This document shows positions 57,656 through 64,000 of a stretch of 64,000 nucleotides of DNA, one piece after another (position 1 is the first letter of the stretch; each line of letters starts with the position of its first letter). The notes below the pieces were generated by a model. That model did not search any database. It was not told the DNA's origin and saw only the letters and a list, made by a program, of their open reading frames with translations. The translations under genes and the position numbers were made by a program. Source of the DNA: Bacillota bacterium (GTDB lineage Bacteria; Bacillota_I; Bacilli_A; RF39; UBA660); assembly GCA_021771185.1 (NCBI GenBank), contig JAETPN010000003.1, positions 70,575 through 134,574 on the forward strand, in the 5' to 3' direction.

Positions 57656-58213
57656 TTACACCTCTTTTTCAAATATTTTATAATAATTCTTTTTAAACTT
57701 CTTTATGATCTTTTCTAAACCAACATATTTATAATATTGACTTGGATGCTTTAGTACTTTTCCAGAAACATATTTATCAGCAAAAGTGACAATCCAACTT
57801 TCAATATATTTGAGTGGATGAATATTTAAAAGAAACATATGTCTTAAAATAGCATCCTCAACACGTTTATTCATATATTCAGGATAATATTTACGAGCAT
57901 TTTCTAATGCTTCCTTAGCATGAACAAAACCATGTTGCTTTAGCAAACTTTTAGGACGATCTGGAATTTGTAATAATAGTTTTTCTGTTTCCGTATATTG
58001 CCATGGATAAGGATAAAAATCATGAAGTAATCCAGCAATCGCCGCACTTTTTATATCACAGTGCATATATTTAGCAATGCAATAACTTAAATAAGAGACG
58101 GAAAGAGAATGTTCATATACCGATTCATTTTCATGATGACGATACATTTTTCTTCGCTGAAATTCTTCTGAGTTCACAATTTTATCTATCATCCTTATAA
58201 ATTCTTGTTCCAT
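57656..58213 (-). CDS. HD-domain phosphohydrolase
   Basis: EHSLSVSYLSY...AGLLHDF...HGFVHAKEA...ADKY (H...HD...H...D). Start ambiguous: ATG 58213 or GTG 58228. Confidence 0.75.
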   Translation of the reverse strand: MEQEFIRMIDKIVNSEEFQRRKMYRHHENESVYEHSLSVSYLSYCIAKYMHCDIKSAAIAGLLHDFYPYPWQYTETEKLLLQIPDRPKSLLKQHGFVHAKEALENARKYYPEYMNKRVEDAILRHMFLLNIHPLKYIESWIVTFADKYVSGKVLKHPSQYYKYVGLEKIIKKFKKNYYKIFEKEV

Positions 58214-58237
58214 CTTTTGAGTGATCACTCCTTTGGT

Positions 58238-58266
58238 ATTCTACATGAATTCAACTAGATTGTCAA
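58238..58266 (-). promoter_or_regulatory. sigma-A-type promoter ahead of the HD-domain gene and mnmE
   Basis: Minus strand TTGACA (58261-58266), 17-nt spacer, TAGAAT (58238-58243). Confidence 0.5.
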
Positions 58267-58320
58267 AAAAAGTTATTTTTTTTATTACTATTTCCCAAAA
58301 AAAATACAATATTCACTTTC

Positions 58321-58350
58321 AATAAAAAAAGTTATTGCATCACAATAACT
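58321..58350 (-). terminator. terminator after jag
   Basis: AGTTATTG (58330-58337) / CAATAACT (58343-58350), then TTTTTTTATT on the minus strand. Confidence 0.6.
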
Positions 58351-58963
58351 AATTTTCTTTATAACGAATAACAATATATCGTTGTGGTTCTTCTCCCAAA
58401 CTTTCTGTTTCTAACTCATTATATGTTGAAACAAGTTGATGAACCATACGACGCTTATAAGAATTCATTGGATCTAATTTAACTTCGATATGATTATCTA
58501 ATACTTCTTTACAAATTTGTTTGATATCTTTTTCAAAGAAATAATTTTGTTTTTCTTTATAATTTGAAACATCAACCATAATTTTTAAATTAAATCCTGT
58601 TTGAATTGAAATCGATTGTCTCAATAAATGTTGAATAGAATTCATGGTACGACCATCTTTTCCAATTAAGATCCCATTATTATCAGATACAAGAATAATG
58701 TCTATTCGATCTTCGTTTTCTTTTATTTCTGATTTAATATCTAAATTCATTTTATCACTAAGTTCAGAAAGAAATGTTTTTATATAAGAAATAACTTCTG
58801 ATTTTTCAAGAACCTCTAATTTTACTTTTTTAGATTTAAATAATTTGGCTTCTGTTTCGGAAATACGAAAATAAAGATCATTTTTTTCTTTTCCTAAATC
58901 AGAAAGGCATTGTTCAAAAGTTAGTTCTTCTGTCTTATCTATATATTCTTTAACCTTAAGCAT
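58349..58963 (-). CDS. jag: Jag/KhpB RNA-binding protein (KH + R3H)
   Basis: GKDGRTMNSIQHLL (KH GxxG) and YKRRMVHQLV (R3H). Downstream of yidC. Start ATG 58963 or GTG 58972. Confidence 0.88.
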   Translation of the reverse strand: MLKVKEYIDKTEELTFEQCLSDLGKEKNDLYFRISETEAKLFKSKKVKLEVLEKSEVISYIKTFLSELSDKMNLDIKSEIKENEDRIDIILVSDNNGILIGKDGRTMNSIQHLLRQSISIQTGFNLKIMVDVSNYKEKQNYFFEKDIKQICKEVLDNHIEVKLDPMNSYKRRMVHQLVSTYNELETESLGEEPQRYIVIRYKEN

Positions 58964-59894
58964 TTTTTTCACGACTCCTTTTAACCCAAAGATTTTGTAA
59001 AATCGTAAAACTACTATTTATAATCCAATAAAGAGCAATTCCTGTAGATAAACTAACAGAGGCAATACCTAAGAAAACAATCATCATATTGGTCATCATC
59101 TTCATTTGTGCTTCTTGTTCTTTACTCATTGATGCTGTACTATTTAATTTCATACTGAAATAACTTGCGGCAACAACTAAAATAATTACTAAAATATAAT
59201 AATAATTTCCATTGCTTATACCAGTCATTGGCGTTGTTCCTAACTGGAATCCTAAAAAGTTTTCTTCAAAAATAGCAGGTAAACGATTTAATGCTTCATA
59301 GAAGGCAAGGAAAAGTGGAATTTGTAAAAATGAAAATAAACATCCAGACATAGGATTAATATTATATTTTTTATAAATCATCATCATTTCCTGTGATTTT
59401 TGCATCATACTATCTTGATCTGTTTTATTTTTATATTTCTTTTCTAATTTAGTTAATTCTGGTTGAGCTTTTTTCATATTTTCTGATTGCATCGCTGTTT
59501 TCTTTGTAATAGAAATCGTTGCTAAACGAATTAAAATTGTTGTAATAATAATGGCTGCTCCGTAATTTTTAAAGAAGCTTCCTATTTTTACAAGTACCCA
59601 GGCTAGAGGTCTTACAAAAATAGTATCCCAAATTCCAGCATATTCATCACCTACAAGTGTTAATTGATCACACTTTTGAAGTTCATCTACATGAACCTTA
59701 TTTTCTTTATATTTTTTTACCGTTTCTTTATCTGTAGGTTGACAAAAAATATTTTTTGTTAAGACTTGTCCAGTTACAGGATTGGTTACTGCCTTTTTCT
59801 TTGAATCTTTTAATTGTGTTGTACATCCAGTTAAAATAAACACGGTACAGAGTACTATGGAACATTTAACTAATTTTTTCATTTGTTTGTTCAT
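58956..59894 (-). CDS. yidC: membrane protein insertase YidC/SpoIIIJ (lipoprotein type)
   Basis: Lipobox FILTGC, conserved KYNINPMSGCLFSFLQIPLFLAFY region, basic C-terminal tail. Confidence 0.93.
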   Translation of the reverse strand: MNKQMKKLVKCSIVLCTVFILTGCTTQLKDSKKKAVTNPVTGQVLTKNIFCQPTDKETVKKYKENKVHVDELQKCDQLTLVGDEYAGIWDTIFVRPLAWVLVKIGSFFKNYGAAIIITTILIRLATISITKKTAMQSENMKKAQPELTKLEKKYKNKTDQDSMMQKSQEMMMIYKKYNINPMSGCLFSFLQIPLFLAFYEALNRLPAIFEENFLGFQLGTTPMTGISNGNYYYILVIILVVAASYFSMKLNSTASMSKEQEAQMKMMTNMMIVFLGIASVSLSTGIALYWIINSSFTILQNLWVKRSREKNA

Positions 59895-60231
59895 CTTTTT
59901 TCTCCTTTATAATATTCAATGTATTTAAAGCATTCCATAAATTCATTTCACGTTCTTGATAATTTTTTAAAAGAATGCTCTTTCTCACTATTATAATACA
60001 ATTAAACCCGTTTTTATAGTCTTTTTTATCCAGAATGTTTTTTAATTGCCTTTTTATTTTGTTTCTTGTTACCGCATTACCAATTTTTTTTCCTACAGAA
60101 AAACCAAAATGATAAGTCTTGTCATCCGTCCTTTCTAGATAAATAACATAATCTTTATATTTATATGGTGGATATTTTCTAATAATGCGATTATAATCAT
60201 CATTTTTTTTGACAATATTTTTCTTTTTCAT
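59866..60231 (-). CDS. rnpA: ribonuclease P protein component
   Basis: GFSVGKKIGNAVTRNKIKRQLK (RNR motif), 121 aa, downstream of rpmH. Confidence 0.92.
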   Translation of the reverse strand: MKKKNIVKKNDDYNRIIRKYPPYKYKDYVIYLERTDDKTYHFGFSVGKKIGNAVTRNKIKRQLKNILDKKDYKNGFNCIIIVRKSILLKNYQEREMNLWNALNTLNIIKEKKDEQTNEKIS

Positions 60232-60245
60232 AATTCACCTCGATT

Positions 60246-60276
60246 TAAAGTAAAAAACCACTGGCAATCAGTGGTT
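60246..60276 (-). terminator. hairpin/partial terminator between rpmH and rnpA
   Basis: AACCACTG (60256-60263) / CAGTGGTT (60269-60276), GC-containing 8-bp stem, then TTTTAC on the minus strand. Confidence 0.5.
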
Positions 60277-60281
60277 ATTCA

Positions 60282-60404
60282 TTAATGAGATAAAACTTTG
60301 CGCCCTTTTCTTCTTCTACGATTAATAATATTTGTTTTCATACGTGCAAAGAAACCATGTTTTTTAGCTTTTTTTCTATTATTTGGTTGATATGTTCTTT
60401 TCAT
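60282..60404 (-). CDS. rpmH: 50S ribosomal protein L34
   Basis: [43 protein letters not shown] 60402-60404 behind GGAGGTG. The 25 upstream codons in the track overlap the promoter. Confidence 0.93.
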   Translation of the reverse strand: MKRTYQPNNRKKAKKHGFFARMKTNIINRRRRKGRKVLSH

Positions 60405-60450
60405 TCTAAGACACCTCCTGAACTTTTTTAATTTTTTGGTTGCTTTAATA

Positions 60451-60479
60451 ATTATATAGAAAAAGACTTTATTTGTCAA
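60451..60479 (-). promoter_or_regulatory. consensus sigma-A promoter of rpmH
   Basis: Minus strand TTGACA (60474-60479), 17-nt spacer, TATAAT (60451-60456). Confidence 0.65.
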
Positions 60480-60506
60480 ACCTTTTTTCTGTTGTTTTTT
60501 TATTAT

Positions 60507-60772
60507 TGTGGATTATACAACAAAATTCGACTTTTTCCCCTATATTTTTTTGTGGAAAATATTTTATTTACAGTTTTTCACACTCTTTTCCACACCTTTT
60601 AACGTAAGGAATATAATATTTCCCAGTTGTTTTCCACAAAATTGTTGAAAAGTAATTCACAATGTGTATAATACTAGTTATCTATTTCCACTTTATGGTG
60701 GAAAACTTAAATTATTCCTTGTTTTTAGGAATTTCAACTGTGGGAAATAACGTGGAAAAAATATTTTCCACA
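60507..60772. other. oriC part 1: DnaA-box cluster upstream of dnaA
   Basis: Perfect TTTTCCACA/TGTGGAAAA at 60551-59, 60586-94, 60630-38 and 60764-72. One-mismatch copies at 60507-15, 60574-82, 60697-705, 60739-47 and 60751-59. Confidence 0.85.
60645..60672 (+). promoter_or_regulatory. candidate dnaA promoter embedded among DnaA boxes
   Basis: TTGAAA (60645-60650), 16-nt spacer, TATAAT (60667-60672). A DnaA box abuts the -35 and more boxes lie in the roughly 170-nt leader. Confidence 0.45.
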
Positions 60773-60846
60773 AATATTCTTGTTTTTCCCTTTTATTTTA
60801 AAGCTTTTTATTGTAAAATGGACTTAGTCAGGAAGTAGGTGAGGTT

Positions 60847-62199
60847 ATGAATATAGAACTTATTTGGCAAAATTTTTTAGAACGTGTAAAAGAAAATATT
60901 TCACCTATGTTATTTGAAACATGGTTTTTAGAAACCAAATTGATGAAATTAGAAAATGGACAGGCAACTGTTATGGTGCCAATGCATGTTCACAAAAAAC
61001 ATTTAAGTGAAAATTATAATGACCTTATTGAAGAAATCTTCACAGATATTACTGGAACAAATTTTAAAATTAGTTATGTAACAGAAGAAGAATATAAAGA
61101 GCAACATCAAAAAGTAATCATCAATCAAGATGTTACAGCAAATAAAAAAATCGAATCAAACCTAAATCCTAAATATACATTCGAAAATTTTATTGTAGGA
61201 GAGAGTAATAAATTTGCAAAGGCTACAGCGCTTGCTGTTGCTGAAAAACCTGGTTTTATGTACAATCCTTTATTCATTTATGGAAATAGTGGTTTAGGAA
61301 AAACACATTTAATGCATGCAATTGGAAATTATGTGTTAGAACACTCTGATAAAACAGTATTATATGTTACTAGTGAAAAATTTGTATCTGATTTTATTGG
61401 TATTAATAAGAAAAATAAAGATGGAAACAATTTTGATAATGTAGATATTTTTAAAAGAAAGTACCGTGATGTGGATATTTTAATTATTGATGATATTCAG
61501 TATTTAGGAAATGCCAATCAAACACAACAAGAATTTTTTAATACGTTTAATGATTTATATGGAAATAATAAACAAATTATTATTTCATCTGACCGATCTC
61601 CAGATGACTTAAAGTTATTAGAGGATCGTCTACGTACAAGATTCAACTGGGGATTAACCATTGATATTTTACCTCCTGATTTTAATCTTCGTATGGCTAT
61701 TATTGATAAAAAAATCGAAGGACATCAAATGTACAATACATTGCCTTTAGATGTTAAAGAATATATTGCGAGTAATTGTACCAGTGATATTCGTAAGTTA
61801 GAAGGAGCTATTACTAGAATTTTTGCTTATGCAACCATGATGAGCGGTTCTGAAATTACATTAGAACTCGCTGTTGAAGCTTTGAAAGACTATTTTGTAA
61901 AAAGTATTATATCGAAAAACAAAATTGATCAAGTTCAACAATTAGTCGCAAGTCATTATAATATTACAGTAGAAGATTTAAAAAGTAAAAAAAGAAAAGC
62001 GAGTGTGGCCTTACCAAGGCAAATCGCTATGTATATTTGTAGAACCGTCTTAGAAGAGTCTTTTCCTAAAATTGGAATTGAATTTGGTGGAAAAGATCAT
62101 ACAACAGTTATGCACTCTGTGGATAAAATTAAAAAAGAATTAAAGAATAATGGTATCCTCGAAGTGGAAATCAGTAAAATTATTCAGGAAATTAAGTAA
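60847..62199 (+). CDS. dnaA: chromosomal replication initiator protein DnaA
   Basis: GNSGLGKTHLMHAIGN (Walker A), LIIDDIQYL, C-terminal DNA-binding domain (PRQIAMYICR, GGKDHTTVMHS). RBS AGGTGAGG. Confidence 0.97.
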   Translation: MNIELIWQNFLERVKENISPMLFETWFLETKLMKLENGQATVMVPMHVHKKHLSENYNDLIEEIFTDITGTNFKISYVTEEEYKEQHQKVIINQDVTANKKIESNLNPKYTFENFIVGESNKFAKATALAVAEKPGFMYNPLFIYGNSGLGKTHLMHAIGNYVLEHSDKTVLYVTSEKFVSDFIGINKKNKDGNNFDNVDIFKRKYRDVDILIIDDIQYLGNANQTQQEFFNTFNDLYGNNKQIIISSDRSPDDLKLLEDRLRTRFNWGLTIDILPPDFNLRMAIIDKKIEGHQMYNTLPLDVKEYIASNCTSDIRKLEGAITRIFAYATMMSGSEITLELAVEALKDYFVKSIISKNKIDQVQQLVASHYNITVEDLKSKKRKASVALPRQIAMYICRTVLEESFPKIGIEFGGKDHTTVMHSVDKIKKELKNNGILEVEISKIIQEIK

Positions 62200-62202
62200 A
62201 TC

Positions 62203-62319
62203 TGTGGAAATTAAATACTTTTCCACAAGTTATCAACAGTTTAAAAATTGATATTTCCCATAGTTTTAAAGGAGAAAAATACTTTTCCACACAATCCACT
62301 GTAATAATAAAAATAATAA
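62203..62319. other. oriC part 2: DnaA boxes plus TAA-trinucleotide array between dnaA and dnaN
   Basis: TGTGGAAAT 62203-11, TTTTCCACA 62219-27, TTATCAACA 62230-38, TTTTCCACA 62283-91, then TAA TAA TAA AAA TAA TAA at 62302-62319. Confidence 0.7.
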
Positions 62320-62342
62320 CTTAATAGAAGGAGAATAAAAAA

Positions 62343-63464
62343 ATGAAATTAAAAATTAAGCAAGCAACATTAATGGAACATTTAAATTATGTTATTAAAG
62401 GTATTTCTAGTAAAAATTTAATTCCTATTTTAAACTGTATTAAATTCGAATTAACGAATGAAGGTTTATACTTAATGAGTACAGATAATGAGATAGCTAT
62501 TAAAACTTTTATTAGTCAAAATCAAATTGAAGAAATTGAAAAATTAGGAGATATTGTTGTTTCTGGACGATATATTTATGATATTGTTCGAAAATTACCA
62601 AATGAATTTATTAATATTGAAGAAGTTGTGGATAATAAATTATTTATTTCTACCAAACATTCTAGTTTTCATTTAAATTGTAACAATGCAAGTGAATTTC
62701 CTACATTAGATTTAGAAGAACATAAACATCCAATTGTTTTAAAACAACGTGTATTTAAAAATATTATTAGTCAAACTTCTTTTGCAACTTCTACACAGGA
62801 ATCACGTCCAGTGTTAACGGGAATTAATTTTAAACTTGTGGAAAAACAATTAGAGTGTACAGCTACAGATTCCTATCGTTTAGCTAAATCAATGCTTACG
62901 ATTGATACTGATTTAACAGATGATATTAATATTATTATTCCAACTAAAAATTTAATTGAATTAACACGTCTTTTTAATGATGATGAAGAATCTTTAGAAA
63001 TGCATATTTTTAATAATAAAGTAATTTTTAAATTTGGAACGATTGTTATGATGTCTAAATTAATTAACGGAACTTATCCTGATACTTCAAAATTAATTCC
63101 AACCGAATTCGCATTATCTATGAAAGTTAACTTATCTATGTTTTTTGATTCGATTGATCGTGCCTCTTTATTAACCAATGAATCAGATAAAAATACGATT
63201 CGTTTAGAAAGTAAAGAAAATCAAATTGTAGTTTCATCAAATATTCCTGAAATTGGAAATGTAGAGGAAACATTAGATGTTACAAAAAATAATGATCATG
63301 AAATTAAAATTGCATTTAGTTCTAAATATATGTTAGAAGCATTAAAATCTCTAGACTGCGAAGATGTTGAATTATTATTTAATGGGGAAGTTAGTCCTAT
63401 TATCGTTAAAAATCCAGAAACTGAACAATTAATTCAATTGATTTTACCAATTCGAACTTACTAA
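62343..63464 (+). CDS. dnaN: DNA polymerase III beta sliding clamp
   Basis: 373 aa directly after dnaA. Three-domain clamp pattern (LNCIKFELTNEGL, PVLTGINFK, ATDSYRLA, LILPIRTY). Confidence 0.95.
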   Translation: MKLKIKQATLMEHLNYVIKGISSKNLIPILNCIKFELTNEGLYLMSTDNEIAIKTFISQNQIEEIEKLGDIVVSGRYIYDIVRKLPNEFINIEEVVDNKLFISTKHSSFHLNCNNASEFPTLDLEEHKHPIVLKQRVFKNIISQTSFATSTQESRPVLTGINFKLVEKQLECTATDSYRLAKSMLTIDTDLTDDINIIIPTKNLIELTRLFNDDEESLEMHIFNNKVIFKFGTIVMMSKLINGTYPDTSKLIPTEFALSMKVNLSMFFDSIDRASLLTNESDKNTIRLESKENQIVVSSNIPEIGNVEETLDVTKNNDHEIKIAFSSKYMLEALKSLDCEDVELLFNGEVSPIIVKNPETEQLIQLILPIRTY

Positions 63465-63465
63465 A

Positions 63466-63490
63466 AAACTTATTTTAGTAAGTTTTTTTT
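63466..63490 (+). terminator. weak AT-rich terminator after dnaN
   Basis: AAACTTA (63466-63472) / TAAGTTT (63479-63485), then TTTTT. Confidence 0.4.
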
Positions 63491-63604
63491 AACGGATTTA
63501 TAAAATTTGTGTACAAACGACAAAAATCAACAAATTTCGAGTTTTCATCATTTATAATAAATCCCAATTGATGGGAAAACCATGAATTAGAAAGGATGAT
63601 TAAA

Positions 63605-64000
63605 ATGTTACAAGATTATGAAATTAATCGTGATACTTTAGCGATTCTTCCATATCAAAGAGAATGTGCGAAAGTATTAGAATTGAATAATCAATATTAC
63701 GTGAAAAAAACGCCCAAACATATTATTAGTGATAGTTGTAAATATTATGGAAGTTCATATCAAGGAAGGGTAGAGGGAAGTCGGAGTTTAGTAGGATTTC
63801 ATTATAAATCACCGATTATTATTGAAGAAAGTATACCAATGATATTTTTTCCAACCGAATCTCCACGTCATGAAAGTTGTTCGTGGATTAACTTAAGCAA
63901 CGTTGTGCGTTGTGAAAGTTGTTTTAGTGGAAGTCTTTTAGAATTTAAAAATGGTGTTACTATTCCATTAAATATTTCAAAAATATCACTTCAAAATCAA
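63605..64000 (+). CDS. comK: ComK-family competence transcription factor, N-terminal 132 codons (runs off the right edge)
   Basis: MLQDYEINRDTLAILP...SCKYYGSSYQGRVEGS...KSPIII...IFFPTES...CSWINLSNV...FKNGVTIPLNISKISLQNQ tracks B. subtilis ComK motif by motif (from memory). AAAGGA RBS. Confidence 0.8.
   Translation, partial: MLQDYEINRDTLAILPYQRECAKVLELNNQYYVKKTPKHIISDSCKYYGSSYQGRVEGSRSLVGFHYKSPIIIEESIPMIFFPTESPRHESCSWINLSNVVRCESCFSGSLLEFKNGVTIPLNISKISLQNQ

Noticed and set aside
60405-60479. N-terminal extensions suggested by the ORF track, for example the 25 extra codons on rpmH. Similar leaders appear on tagO, spoIID, the spoIIQ-like gene, the Big_2 protein, fba, mazF-like, rpn, uvrB, mnmG and femAB-2.
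   Set aside because: In each case an internal ATG is preceded at 5-10 nt by a GGAGG/GGTGA-type RBS and gives the conserved N-terminus. Several extensions begin with GTG or TTG and overlap predicted promoters.
1-64000. I searched by eye for CRISPR arrays, tRNA or rRNA genes, IS elements with terminal inverted repeats, and long non-coding tandem repeats.
   Set aside because: None was seen. The only tandem repetition is coding: the Big_2 modules, the Ig-like modules and the noc insert. There are no GC-rich structured stretches typical of stable RNAs in the intergenic regions.

Overview
This window is the origin-proximal 64 kb of a very AT-rich, spore-forming Firmicutes chromosome. It looks Erysipelotrichia- or Clostridia-like, but the species cannot be determined without a database search. 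All calls come from reading the ORF track and the DNA by eye, using motif recall, synteny, RBS and start inspection, and hairpins. No homology search was run.

The right end carries the replication origin. It reads rpmH<-rnpA<-yidC<-jag ... mnmE ... mnmG<-rsmG<-noc-like on the minus strand, then DnaA-box clusters flanking dnaA->dnaN on the plus strand, followed by a comK-like gene. Almost every gene left of about 60.48 kb is on the minus strand, co-directional with replication.

Core content:
- translation and RNA modification genes: typA, rpmE, rplI, rlmH, rsmG, mnmE and mnmG
- envelope genes: tagO, mreB, murA, two FemAB paralogues, lgt, two M23 peptidases and yidC
- a sporulation set: spoIID, a spoIIQ-like gene, spoIIID and spoIIR
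- replication and repair genes: dnaB, uvrB, dnaA and dnaN
- the yvcK-whiA pair, trxB, fba and rpiB

No rRNA, tRNA, CRISPR array, integrase or transposase (other than one Rpn/PD-(D/E)XK protein) was seen.

I found no clear multi-gene defence or secretion system. The best candidates for something new are all single-gene or architectural:
1. A monocistronic MazF-type endoribonuclease gene with its own promoter and terminator, no antitoxin gene, and a 60-aa C-terminal tail.
2. A Noc/ParB homologue split by a roughly 390-aa acidic Pro/Glu/Val/Gln-rich insert, with no soj/spo0J beside it.
3. A 291-aa orphan inserted between mnmG and mnmE. It carries an exact H-G-T-x3-N-x3-I-x3-G-L match to the PARP/ADP-ribosyltransferase NAD-site motif.
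4. A more AT-rich accessory block at 40.4-49.8 kb. It holds a 1448-aa NPCBM / transglutaminase-like / F5-8-C / Ig-repeat surface protein, an inverted-architecture amidase and a decayed CaCA gene.
5. A 1395-aa protein with 12 Big_2 modules, bracketed by the two FemAB genes.
6. A 220-codon reading frame interrupted by a single in-frame TGA.
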